Counted from the stretch's first letter, positions 9,202 through 17,972 are shown. The stretch is 32,000 bases of DNA from Verrucomicrobiota bacterium (GCA_008932965.1 WBXG01000012.1:3611-35610), one strand, 5' to 3'. Translations and numbers: made by a program. The notes: a model not told the origin generated them from the sequence alone.

Positions 9202-10340
9202 AAAGGCGAAGAAGAATGTGTTGGGGTAGAAGAGGGAGTGACTTCTTTAAAATTAGTACGCATTTGGGGAAGAGGTATTGTATCGGAATGAGGCATGATC
9301 TCCTTTTTCGGAGGACCATCATAGGTGGCAAGGGCAGTTGTTTCGACCTGCACTTGCATCTTACGGCGCAGAGCCATCTGAGCTCCAGAAATAGGAGTTT
9401 GTTGACCGATACGTAAAGCATCTTCACCAACCTCATTTTTAATCTCGGCAAGACGTGCTTTGGCAATCAAGGCATTGGGGGTTTGCGGATATTTTCGAAT
9501 CACCTCGTTATAGTAAATAGCTGATGATTTGTAGTCTTTGGAAAAATCATAAAAACGAGCAATACGCAATGTATCGGTACATTCTCGAACCACCATAGCA
9601 TCGATATTATCACGTGCTTGGAGCAATTTTTCATTGTTAGGATATTGAATGAGGAAATCCTCAAAGTTATTCTCCCCTTCCTTCAGTGCGGAAAGATCTT
9701 GGGAATGTCCCTGCATCCCAAGACTCATGTAGACATAGCCAATCTGATAGAGTGCATGATCACAAATATTACTCGTAGGATATTTATCAATGAGTTTTTG
9801 ATAAGCAGCAATGGCCTCGGTTGTCTTTCCTTGACGCTCCAAGGCAAGCCCGAGGTTAAATTGTGTTAAAGCAGCATATTTACTGTAGGGGGCATTGGCT
9901 AAAACTGTTTCGTACATTTCCTGGGCACGTTCCAATGCAGTAAAAGCAGGAATTCCGAAAATTTTGATTTTCCGACCCTGCAAGTAAGAATTGGCTATCT
10001 TAATTTGCTCGGCAACGGCTTCTTCAAAATGAGGTGTCTCAGGATATTTTTTGAGAAGGTAAGTATAAGCTTTGAAAGCACCATTATAATCCCCTTTTTT
10101 TACAAGGAGTTGAGCAGTTTGAAATTGAGCATCTGCAGCATCTTTTGAAAAGGGATGATTTTTGACAATGAGCTGATATTGATGAATAGCCGAATCTAAC
10201 TGATTGGAAGCTACCAGTTCTTCTGCAATGGAAGCCTCTGAATTCGATGAGGTATCTTCTGCCGCAGACGCTCCTAAAAGGAAACTAGAAAGCAGCACAG
10301 AAAGAAGCAGTAATAAGGATATCCTAGGGAAAAAAATCAT
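9198..10340 (-). CDS. bamD: BamD/YfiO-like TPR outer-membrane assembly protein
   Basis: Signal peptide followed by repeated TPR-like units ending in KYPxT/S motifs (KKYPETPH, DKYPTSN, IQYPNNE, RKYPQTPN), as in the YfiO/BamD family. There is no lipobox Cys. A long Pro/Ser/Thr-rich C-terminal tail is present. Confidence 0.6.
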   Translation of the reverse strand: MIFFPRISLLLLLSVLLSSFLLGASAAEDTSSNSEASIAEELVASNQLDSAIHQYQLIVKNHPFSKDAADAQFQTAQLLVKKGDYNGAFKAYTYLLKKYPETPHFEEAVAEQIKIANSYLQGRKIKIFGIPAFTALERAQEMYETVLANAPYSKYAALTQFNLGLALERQGKTTEAIAAYQKLIDKYPTSNICDHALYQIGYVYMSLGMQGHSQDLSALKEGENNFEDFLIQYPNNEKLLQARDNIDAMVVRECTDTLRIARFYDFSKDYKSSAIYYNEVIRKYPQTPNALIAKARLAEIKNEVGEDALRIGQQTPISGAQMALRRKMQVQVETTALATYDGPPKKEIMPHSDTIPLPQMRTNFKEVTPSSTPTHSSSPL

Positions 10341-10355
10341 GAAATTTTACAACTC

Positions 10356-10383
10356 AAAAAAAAGAGAGGCTTCAGGTTGCCTC
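10356..10383 (-). terminator. Rho-independent terminator-like hairpin (minus strand)
   Basis: On the minus strand: GAGGC-AACCTGAA-GCCTC followed by TCTTTTTTTT. It lies downstream of the acyltransferase remnant, but its T-run ends only 16 nt before the bamD-like ATG. Confidence 0.35.
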
Positions 10384-10458
10384 AGGTAAGCACTTTTTGG
10401 AAGTTTCATTTTTACTAAGTTCTTCCAGCTTCTTCCCAAATAATTTTATGAAATGGGG

Positions 10459-11234
10459 TCAGGGCAAGGAAGAGTCTTCAGCAACTATTGGAATGTGCAA
10501 TGGCAGAGGTAGCTCATTGGTGAAGAACAATTTTTTTAAATTATCATATTTTAAACTTAAAAGAAAGTTTGAAAAGTAATGGGAAATAGTGATCGCTGGC
10601 CTATCAACGTACCTATAAAAAACAACTGAGACCAAGATAGAGATGAGCGAGTAGAGGAAAAAATTTAGTAAAAGAGCTAGAGAGGTGTGGGGTAAAAAAA
10701 GATAGAAGGCACAGGAGAGAGAGCAGAGGATGAGAAAATGGAGTAGATAGAGTCCATAGGAGATCCTTCCTAAAAATTGAAAAATTGGAGCCTCAAAGAT
10801 TTTTTTGCCATATCCTTTAACAATAGGAGCTACTAATAAGACAGCTCCAATGGTCGTATAAAAATCTTTTTTCCTAAATACTCCCACAAGCGGAAGAAAG
10901 TCATAATATCTATTTTCAAATTGAAAAGCCCCAAAATAAAAGTGCAATAAGAATAACATAGGGAACCCATTTTTTGGAAATAGTAACGGCATGCAAGAGC
11001 GACCCAATCATGATTGCAAAGAGAAAAAGTAAAACAGGCCATACCACGTAATCCATCCGCATTTTTATTAATACCGCTCTTTTTGGTAACATCGAAAGTT
11101 GAGAATAACCTAGATTCATCAACCCTTGCGACCTCCATGTTAGAATTGGCATGAAATATCCAGGTTAAAAAAACAGTAGCCTTTTTCAGTAAAATCGGAG
11201 GTCTCATACCTGCTCTTGGACACCATAGATCCAA
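10459..11234 (-). pseudogene. Decayed acyltransferase-3 (OafA/YrhL-type) gene
   Basis: The N-terminal family motif NADGLRGMACFTFSLCNH sits in one frame (ORF 10833..11234). The C-terminal motif FLGRISYGLYLLHFLIL sits in another frame (ORF 10459..11007). A third overlapping ORF (10916..11152) has TM-like sequence. Only about 85 codons separate the two motifs, where intact family members have roughly 230. Confidence 0.6.
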
Positions 11235-11345
11235 CTTTGTTCAAATTAACAAAAAAAAGCTTGCCTCTTTCGCCAAAGAACTTAATGGTTATCGGCACTT
11301 TTATTTTAGATGTTTTCTCATCATCTAATGCAAAAAAATTATTAA

Positions 11346-11417
11346 GGGCAGTTAGCTCAGGGGTAGAGCGGCTCGTTTACACCGAGTTGGTCGGGGGTTC
11401 AAATCCCTCACTGCCCA
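11346..11417 (+). tRNA. tRNA-Val (anticodon TAC)
   Basis: Hand-folded cloverleaf: acceptor GGGCAGT/ACTGCCC, D arm GCTC-AGGGGTA-GAGC, anticodon arm GCTCG-TTTACAC-CGAGT, T arm GGGGG-TTCAAAT-CCCTC, discriminator A. CCA is not encoded. Confidence 0.9.
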
Positions 11418-11427
11418 CGTTTTTTCT

Positions 11428-11502
11428 GGCGAGGTAGCCAAGTGGTAAGGCTGGGCTCTGCAAAAGCCCCATTCGTCGGTTCGATTCCGACCCTCGCCTC
11501 CA
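11428..11502 (+). tRNA. tRNA-Cys (anticodon GCA), CCA encoded
   Basis: Hand-folded cloverleaf: acceptor GGCGAGG/CCTCGCC, anticodon arm GGGCT-CTGCAAA-AGCCC, T arm GTCGG-TTCGATT-CCGAC, discriminator U73 (a Cys identity element), then CCA. Confidence 0.9.
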
Positions 11503-11569
11503 ACTCTCCTGGTAATGGGGCAATAAGCTCCGAGAATCTTGATGTTGATCCAGATGGAGGAGTGTATGG

Positions 11570-12562
11570 CTATATCACTAGCACCACGCATCCATCAGCC
11601 GTTTCATCCTTCACTGCTTGTAGAGCTTTGTTGGCTTCTTCCAGGGGAAAACATGTCACTTGTGGGCGTATTGGAATGGTGGTTGCGAGTGTTAAAAAAT
11701 CACGGGCATCGTGGCGGGTCATGTTAGCCACACTTCGAATTTGTCGCTCACCCCAGAGTAGAGTGTCGTAGTCAAAAGAAGGCATCGAGTCGAGATGAAT
11801 GGCATTAATGGCAACAATTCCTCCCTTACGAAGAGAGGAGAGAGCGCTAAGAACTACCTCTCCACTGGGAGCAAAGGTAACAGCACGATCTAAGATGACA
11901 GGAGGTTTCTCTTTTTCAGAACCTACCCACGTGACTCCAAGGGCAAGAGCATGTTTGCGGTGTTTTTCTCCACGTGTTGAAACGTAGATTTCACAATTCC
12001 AGGATTGAAGCAGAGGAACCATCAAACTTGCAGAGGCCCCAAAACCAAAAAGTCCAACACGATCTCCTGGCATCACTTCGGCAACCTGAAGGCTTCTAAA
12101 GCCGATAATACCTGCACAAAGAAGCGGCGCTGCAGAAACAGGATCCATCTCTTTTTCTAAAGGAATCACAAAATCATTTCTCACCAATGCATATTCGGCA
12201 TATCCCCCATCAAGACTATAACCAGTGAAGGTGGGGTTATCACAAAGATTTTCCATCTGATGACGACAATAAAAACAACTCCCATCGACCCCTCCCATCC
12301 AAGAAACACCCACACGCGACCCGAGTGGAAATTCTTGAGTAGCCCCTTCTATAATCTCCCCTACAATTTGATGTCCAAGAATGAGCGGCTTGTGAAGCAG
12401 TGGTAAATCCCCCTCCACAATATGAAGATCAGTGCGGCAGACACCACATGCCAAAACACGCAGCAAAAAATATCCCTCTTTCCAAATAGGTGCAGGAACT
12501 TCTTCTATTGAGAGATACTCTTCACCCGAGGCCGTAGGTCCTTTAAATAAGGCAGCTTTCAT
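11570..12562 (-). CDS. Zinc-dependent alcohol dehydrogenase family protein
   Basis: CGVCRTDLH and GHQIVGEI catalytic-zinc motifs, a structural-zinc Cys cluster (CFYCRHQMENLC) and a GFGASAS Rossmann motif. I prefer the start MKAALF at 12562, 4 nt after the copA stop, over the track start at 12604. Confidence 0.85.
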   Translation of the reverse strand: MKAALFKGPTASGEEYLSIEEVPAPIWKEGYFLLRVLACGVCRTDLHIVEGDLPLLHKPLILGHQIVGEIIEGATQEFPLGSRVGVSWMGGVDGSCFYCRHQMENLCDNPTFTGYSLDGGYAEYALVRNDFVIPLEKEMDPVSAAPLLCAGIIGFRSLQVAEVMPGDRVGLFGFGASASLMVPLLQSWNCEIYVSTRGEKHRKHALALGVTWVGSEKEKPPVILDRAVTFAPSGEVVLSALSSLRKGGIVAINAIHLDSMPSFDYDTLLWGERQIRSVANMTRHDARDFLTLATTIPIRPQVTCFPLEEANKALQAVKDETADGCVVLVI

Positions 12563-12566
12563 AACT

Positions 12567-14648
12567 CTAAAATCGTATGCGACGTAGTCGAAGAGAGTTG
12601 GCAATAACAGAAAGAGAACTCAGACTCATAGCAGCGGCAGCGAGCATGGGGCTTAGCAGGAGGCCAAATAAAGGATAGAAAATTCCAGCTGCAATCGGAA
12701 TACAAAGGATATTATAAGCGAAAGCAAAAAAAAGATTTTCTTTAATAACCTTCAAGATCTCACGACTAATTTTTATCGAAGAGACAATCCCTTCTAAAGA
12801 GGGGTTCAAAAGGATGATTCCTGCCGTTTCCTTTGCAATATCGGAGCCTAACCCCATCGCTATTGATGTTTCTGCTACAGCAAGTGCCGGGGCATCATTG
12901 ATCCCATCACCCACCATAGCCGCATGAAACCCCTCCCTCTTCCAGGATGTGAAATGATCAGCTTTTGCCGATGGAGAAAGTTCCGCATAAAATCTAGTAA
13001 TACCGAGCTCCCTAGCCACAGCCTCTGCTGTGCTTGTAGCATCGCCGGTAAGCATCACTGTCCGCACACCCAGAGCACTCAATTTTTGGATAACAGTTTT
13101 AGCTGAGTCTCGAATAGTATCTCGAAAAATAAAGGCACCAGCAGGAATTCCCCCGACAGCTATGGCCACGAGCCCTTCACCAGGCTTTAGAGAAATCAAG
13201 TTCCATTGTTCGGGTGGCATACCACGGCCCTTAAGAAACTGAGGTGTTCCTAGCAGGAGCTCTTTTTCATCAACAACGGCACTTATCCCACCTCCAGGGA
13301 AAGCTTTAAAAGAAGATGATTTCAAAATTGGAATTCCTTGATCTTGTGCATGGAGCAAAAGGGCTCTAGCAAGGGGATGTTCGCTTCCTTGTTCTGCTCC
13401 AGAGGCAAGTGCTAATAGATTTTTTTCTACAAAAGGATCGATTGTATGAATCGAGACTAGCTTGGGTTTTCCCTCGGTCAATGTGCCTGTCTTATCTAGA
13501 GCCAATAGATTTGTTGATGCCAGATTCTGAAGGGCAGAAGCAGAGCGAACGAGAATTCCGCATTGAGCTGCCTTGCCAATACCGACCATTAACGCCATCG
13601 GAGTGGCCAATCCCAAAGCACAGGGACAGGCAATCATAATCACTGCAACAGCAGCGTTCAGTGCATGAAAAAAATGGGGAGCAGGCCCTGCCATCATCCA
13701 GATTGCAAAGGTGAGGATGCTGATACCCATCACTATTGGAACAAAAAGAGCTGCCACACGATCCGATATTTGTTGGATGGGAGCCTGACTGCGCTGAGCT
13801 TGTGCTACCAAACTAATAATCTGTGAGAGAGCTGTATTAGTACCTGCATGGGAAACCTCAACCACAAGGCTACCTGAGGCATTGATCGTTCCAGCAGAAA
13901 CGGGAGATCCATGGGATTTCTCTACAGGGAGTGCTTCTCCGGTTAACATCGACTCATCGATGGAGCTCTCTCCCTCAGAAACTATGCCATCTGCTGGAAT
14001 TTTGCTTCCAGGTAGAACCCTCAGATAATCCCCTACCTTTATTTCGGAAATAGGAATTTGATGATCTAACTCCCCCTCTTTTCCGACAATCAGAGCCATA
14101 GGGGGAGTGAGATCAAGTAGTTCACGAAGGGCTGATCCAGCCTTAGCTCGCCCTCTGGACTCAAGCCATTGACCCATGAGTACCAGAACCATCATCACCG
14201 TGGCTGCCTCGAAATAATAATCCTCTACAGGTGAACCTGCAGTGAAGAAACAACCTAAAAAGAGCATTGTAATACTGTAAAGAAAAGCAACACCCGTCCC
14301 AAGAGTGATCAAGGAAAACATATTTAGAGAAGCGCTTTTAAAGGAACGAAACCCCTTTCTCCATACCTCACAGCCACACCAGAAAATAACAGGAATTGAG
14401 AGAAGGCACTCGACTCCCCCTGCCATCCTTCCATGAAGCAAGGTGAGTCCGACCATAGGTCCCATAGCAAGAATAAGAACCGGAATTCCAAAAAGCAGTG
14501 AAATCCAAAATTGTTTTTTTAGAAGTGCAGATTCCGATTTCTCCTCACTGGGAATAACTGATTCGAGGCTCATCCCACACTTGGGGCAATCACCCATGCT
14601 CTCCTGGAGTATTTCGGTGTGCATGGGGCAGGTATAAAGAGAACTCAT
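12567..14648 (-). CDS. copA: P1B-type copper-translocating ATPase
   Basis: CPC motif ([12 protein letters not shown]), phosphorylation site [16 protein letters not shown], and hinge GDGINDAP. The N-terminus carries YTCPMH...GDCPKCGM instead of a classical MxCxxC HMA domain. I prefer the ATG at 14648; the track start at 14654 is a TTG. Confidence 0.9.
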   Translation of the reverse strand: MSSLYTCPMHTEILQESMGDCPKCGMSLESVIPSEEKSESALLKKQFWISLLFGIPVLILAMGPMVGLTLLHGRMAGGVECLLSIPVIFWCGCEVWRKGFRSFKSASLNMFSLITLGTGVAFLYSITMLFLGCFFTAGSPVEDYYFEAATVMMVLVLMGQWLESRGRAKAGSALRELLDLTPPMALIVGKEGELDHQIPISEIKVGDYLRVLPGSKIPADGIVSEGESSIDESMLTGEALPVEKSHGSPVSAGTINASGSLVVEVSHAGTNTALSQIISLVAQAQRSQAPIQQISDRVAALFVPIVMGISILTFAIWMMAGPAPHFFHALNAAVAVIMIACPCALGLATPMALMVGIGKAAQCGILVRSASALQNLASTNLLALDKTGTLTEGKPKLVSIHTIDPFVEKNLLALASGAEQGSEHPLARALLLHAQDQGIPILKSSSFKAFPGGGISAVVDEKELLLGTPQFLKGRGMPPEQWNLISLKPGEGLVAIAVGGIPAGAFIFRDTIRDSAKTVIQKLSALGVRTVMLTGDATSTAEAVARELGITRFYAELSPSAKADHFTSWKREGFHAAMVGDGINDAPALAVAETSIAMGLGSDIAKETAGIILLNPSLEGIVSSIKISREILKVIKENLFFAFAYNILCIPIAAGIFYPLFGLLLSPMLAAAAMSLSSLSVIANSLRLRRIRF

Positions 14649-14675
14649 TGTCAAAAAAATTCAAATTAGCAACAG

Positions 14676-14733
14676 AGAATTTCATCATGAAGTGACATGA
14701 GGTGCTATGCAAAGTTTATTAGTATAAGGAGGG
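14676..14733 (+). mobile_element. MITE-like repeat, half copy E (left half only)
   Basis: GAATTTCATCATGAAGTGACATGAGGTGCTATGCAAAGTTTATTAGTATAAGGAGGGG aligns at roughly 80 percent with the left half of copies A and B. There is no right TIR. Similarity may extend to about 14745. It overlaps the comEC 3' end. Confidence 0.6.
14684..14712 (-). promoter_or_regulatory. Candidate outward promoter in half copy E, facing copA
   Basis: On the minus strand: TTGCAT-N17-CATGAT, with the -10 element 36 nt upstream of the copA ATG. The -10 matches the consensus at 4/6. Motif-level only. Confidence 0.25.
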
Positions 14734-17067
14734 GTAACCCGAAGCATTTAGAATCTCCCAATCTTTGTGATCCAAAAACTGATGTAATCTCACCCTATCT
14801 CTTAAAACCTCTAGAATGATTGCTCCTGTTTGCACCTGATCTAGCACGGTGATCCCAGATCCATAAAGGCTCGATTCCAGCTCTTGAAATGAGGGACTGG
14901 AATGATGTTTTTTAAAAGGATCATTTCCCAAAATCACACAACGTGGTGCTACTGCTTTTATAAAGTCTTCCTCCATTTTTTTCTCCATCGATGGAAAAAG
15001 AAGAATTGTCGCATGTAATTTCTCAAGTGAGCTATGTTCTAGCAGCCAGGTTTGAAGAGAAATCGAGGAATTAGGAATCCACAAAAGGCTTGCTTTGCCT
15101 AATTGAAACTTTAGGACAAGAGCAGAATCAGAAGAGCCAACAGGTGGATACAAAACTTCTGCAGAGCAGCTCGGAGAAAAATTCAGCTGATCCCCCTCAC
15201 GAAGAACTGTTAACTGCATACCTGATTCGCCGAGCTTTCTTAAAAAATGTTTGAACACAAAAGAATTTCCTTTTTCCTCAGAGGAGAAAAAAGAGGAGGG
15301 TTGAATCTCCTCTAAGAGGGGCACGAGACCGCCTATGGTGGCAGCTCTCTTTTCAGTAATCACGATTCCTTGAAGAGCTGATATTCCATTTTCTGCAAAA
15401 AAGGGAAGGAGGCAATGAGCTGCCTTGTTAGCATTTCCAGTATTGATCATCCATGCATTGCCCTCCACTTGGAGCATCGCAGCTTGTGCAACAGGAAAAT
15501 CAAAAATAGTAAGTTTTGGAGAGCGATTCATTGAAAAGCCAACTGAAAACGAAGTCAGAGGAAGCAGGCTGCATCCATGAACGACCATCAAGAGAATTTT
15601 GGCACAGAGCCAATTGCTATTATTAAAAACAGGTGCCACCCATGGAAAGAAGGGCGCAACAAGAACTGCTAAAACTGCAAGAGCAAGAATTAAAAAGGCT
15701 ATTGGAACAGCAATCACATTGGCCACCAAGGAAGAAAAAGAAAGAAGATGAAAATAAAAAAGTGTTGGAAGTAAAGAACCGATCCATGCGGCAGCAGAAA
15801 CAGCCACAAGCTGAGTAAAGTGATGACACAAGTCATAGCGCCATTTCTGAAATGGGGTGATTATTCTTTTTGGAAGGAAAGGATCATGCTTGTAGAGCGG
15901 ATGAAGTATTTTTTGAAATGGAGTTGCTAAAAAAAGAATAGAGAAGACCACGCAGAAGGAAAATTGCCACCCTATGGAAAAAAGAAGATTTGTTTGCGAT
16001 AGGAGCAGACAAAAAGCTGCTGCTGCAAGGCTATTGATCATCTGGGGTCGTCGAGATACAAGAAAACCAATGAGAAAGAGGGAGCTCATGAAAGCCGCTC
16101 TAAGACTTCCAATTCGAAAGCCAGTGATGGCTACATAAAAAAAAAGAAGCGGAATCGTCACAAGAACAGCAGACCAACGTGGCAGCCGAAGCATTTTTAA
16201 AAAAAACCAAATAATGACCGCAAGCATCCCAACATGGAGTCCACTCACAGCAAAAAGATGCATTGTTCCAGTTAGTTTAAAATCATCTATGAAATCAACA
16301 ATTTCCTCTTCTTGAGAGCCAAGAGCAATAGCCTTAATAAGCTTCATCGCAGTAGAATCATCCGTGATCCCAAGAGTGATCCATTCTCCTATCTTTTGGC
16401 GACACTCCAGAGCCATCCTCATGAGTTGATGGAGCTCCCCAGAGGAAAGAATACGACCTGGATCTGAGGGATCCATTCTAAGTTCAGTGAAGACTTCTTT
16501 GCGAGCTAGCCACGTTTTGGCATCAAACTCCCCTGGATTTCGTGGGCCTTGAGGGGAGATTGCCTGGGCTCTCAACGATACTCTCTCTCCATATAGCAGA
16601 GGAGGTCCCTCCCAATGAACAAACATCGTCACTGGGAGAGTTAGCTCGGATATTCTATCTGTTTGGAGAAAAAATGAACTGTAATGATTTGAAGAGACCT
16701 TTACCTCACTAGCCACCCTCCCCTCTACAGCAATATCATCACCTCTTTTTTCTAAAAGAGAAGCAACCTGATATGCTGGAGATTCCTTCCATTGCCATGC
16801 ATGAAGAGTTGCAAAGCAGAGTGCAATAAAGAGAAAGAAGAGACCCTGCTCTATGATGCAGGAAAGGGGGTTTTTCCAAATGAAAAATAAAAGAACTCCT
16901 CCTAAGAGAAGACTCCCCAAAAAAATCCCCCAGCTTGGAAAAGAAAAAATCTCCTCTGTAAGAATCCCTACAATCGCTGCTAAGACGAGCCCTAGAAAAG
17001 GGAAACGCCTGTTCTTTAGTGAAAAAAAATCACTAAAACGAGAACAGGGCAGTAATGGCCATTTCAT
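14719..17067 (-). CDS. comEC: ComEC/Rec2 family DNA internalisation channel protein
   Basis: 782 aa. N-terminal TMs, a central polytopic competence domain (MHLFAVSGLHVGMLA motif) and a C-terminal degenerate metallo-beta-lactamase-like region. Confidence 0.85.
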   Translation of the reverse strand: MKWPLLPCSRFSDFFSLKNRRFPFLGLVLAAIVGILTEEIFSFPSWGIFLGSLLLGGVLLFFIWKNPLSCIIEQGLFFLFIALCFATLHAWQWKESPAYQVASLLEKRGDDIAVEGRVASEVKVSSNHYSSFFLQTDRISELTLPVTMFVHWEGPPLLYGERVSLRAQAISPQGPRNPGEFDAKTWLARKEVFTELRMDPSDPGRILSSGELHQLMRMALECRQKIGEWITLGITDDSTAMKLIKAIALGSQEEEIVDFIDDFKLTGTMHLFAVSGLHVGMLAVIIWFFLKMLRLPRWSAVLVTIPLLFFYVAITGFRIGSLRAAFMSSLFLIGFLVSRRPQMINSLAAAAFCLLLSQTNLLFSIGWQFSFCVVFSILFLATPFQKILHPLYKHDPFLPKRIITPFQKWRYDLCHHFTQLVAVSAAAWIGSLLPTLFYFHLLSFSSLVANVIAVPIAFLILALAVLAVLVAPFFPWVAPVFNNSNWLCAKILLMVVHGCSLLPLTSFSVGFSMNRSPKLTIFDFPVAQAAMLQVEGNAWMINTGNANKAAHCLLPFFAENGISALQGIVITEKRAATIGGLVPLLEEIQPSSFFSSEEKGNSFVFKHFLRKLGESGMQLTVLREGDQLNFSPSCSAEVLYPPVGSSDSALVLKFQLGKASLLWIPNSSISLQTWLLEHSSLEKLHATILLFPSMEKKMEEDFIKAVAPRCVILGNDPFKKHHSSPSFQELESSLYGSGITVLDQVQTGAIILEVLRDRVRLHQFLDHKDWEILNASGYPSLY

Positions 17068-17078
17068 TCGATATAAGG

Positions 17079-17447
17079 GACGCCGCTCTTCGCCGCCTCA
17101 GTAGAGACCTGGAGAATATCAAAAACCGTGTCGCAAACTCGCTGAGTCGGATGAAGAGCAAGGAGTCAAGACCGAATATTTCATACTGATCGTGACGAGG
17201 AGGCCGCGAAAGCTGATGGGGCAAGGCGAGCGATGAAGTCTGACGACGGCTGTGTGTGTACACACTGCCCGAGGAAGACTTCGAGCTCAACGCAGCATCC
17301 ATCTGACTTCCCGGCTTCCGCAGGTGATCAGTATGAAATATTCGGGCTAAGAGCAGAGCCGAGGAGTGTATAGTTAATACACGACGAGGCGAGCACCGCA
17401 GCGACGCCGCTCTTCGCCGCCTCAGTAGAGTTTGCGACACGGTTTTT
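17079..17447. repeat. Composite repeat region enclosing MITE copy D: 28-bp perfect direct repeat plus 20-bp perfect long-range inverted repeat
   Basis: GACGCCGCTCTTCGCCGCCTCAGTAGAG occurs at 17079-17106 and 17403-17430. AAAAACCGTGTCGCAAACTC at 17121-17140 is the exact reverse complement of 17428-17447. A local hairpin GTGTAT-AGTTA-ATACAC lies at 17366-17382. Confidence 0.85.
17171..17346 (+). mobile_element. MITE-like repeat, copy D (176 bp)
   Basis: Perfect 20-bp TIR: CCGAATATTTCATACTGATC at 17172-17191 against GATCAGTATGAAATATTCGG at 17326-17345. Central palindrome GTGTGTACACAC. Interior blocks are shared with copy A (GACGACGGCT, ACTGCCCGAGGA, TTCGAG..AACGCAG). Confidence 0.85.
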
Positions 17448-17972
17448 TTAATTGAAAGAAAATGGGGAGTAACACGACTCCTCATACACCGAATCATACC
17501 AGTCATCAACAATCGGTTCATTGTAAAAGAACGGCTGCTTATCCTGATTTAACATGGAGTTAGCCCGTATATATTTTGGAACTTTGAAACCCGAGGAGGC
17601 TGTTTTATTATTTCCATAAAAACCTTGAGTCTCGGTTAAATAATTAACTAACTCTCGTGAAGCTCCCATAGCGCGCAGGTGGTGAAGTTGCACATAGGTA
17701 AAATGATAAACAGCTTCGGTACTTCGCAAATATCCCACAATGACATAGGTAGGAACTTTGCTTTTCACTAGGTTCATGATATCGTCATAGTCTAAGTGCT
17801 GACCATGATTGATTTTATTACGTGTTACGGGGTAGACATCATGAGCGCTTACGATCGAGGTTACTTGAGGATCGACTGTCGGTCCATTGGCGCAACCGGC
17901 AATCAAAGTAAGAATTAATCCAGTAAGCATTAAAACAGCAGTCACTGTGAGCAGAGATATTGTACTCTTCAT
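17448..17972 (-). CDS. Hypothetical lipoprotein
   Basis: Signal peptide with lipobox LIAGC. 174 aa. No recognised domain. Confidence 0.6.
   Translation of the reverse strand: MKSTISLLTVTAVLMLTGLILTLIAGCANGPTVDPQVTSIVSAHDVYPVTRNKINHGQHLDYDDIMNLVKSKVPTYVIVGYLRSTEAVYHFTYVQLHHLRAMGASRELVNYLTETQGFYGNNKTASSGFKVPKYIRANSMLNQDKQPFFYNEPIVDDWYDSVYEESCYSPFSFN

Noticed and set aside
11235-11569. Integrated element, prophage or genomic-island boundary at the tRNA pair
   Set aside because: There is no integrase, no direct repeat of a tRNA 3' end, and no phage-like genes. Only a decayed acyltransferase lies on one side.
11352-11771. ORFs overlapping the tRNA-Val and tRNA-Cys genes and the ADH 3' end (11352..11591, 11442..11771, 11216..11437)
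   Set aside because: They are explained by the two well-folding tRNAs and by the antisense strand of the ADH gene, and they have no protein motifs.
15623-15829. Purine-rich, low-complexity stretch with ORFs on both strands inside comEC
   Set aside because: It is the antisense view of a Leu/Phe-rich transmembrane segment of ComEC, and the sense frame remains intact.
17079-17430. Possible mini CRISPR array, because of two identical 28-bp repeats
   Set aside because: There are only two copies, separated by 296 bp rather than 25-50 bp. The intervening sequence is a MITE, and no cas genes are present in the window.
17033-17521. 162-aa ORF on the minus strand spanning the comEC upstream repeat region
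   Set aside because: It runs straight through the MITE, the 28-bp direct repeats and the inverted-repeat arms, and overlaps the ends of two supported genes. Its Arg/Ser/Leu-rich translation looks like an artefact of GC-rich repeat sequence.
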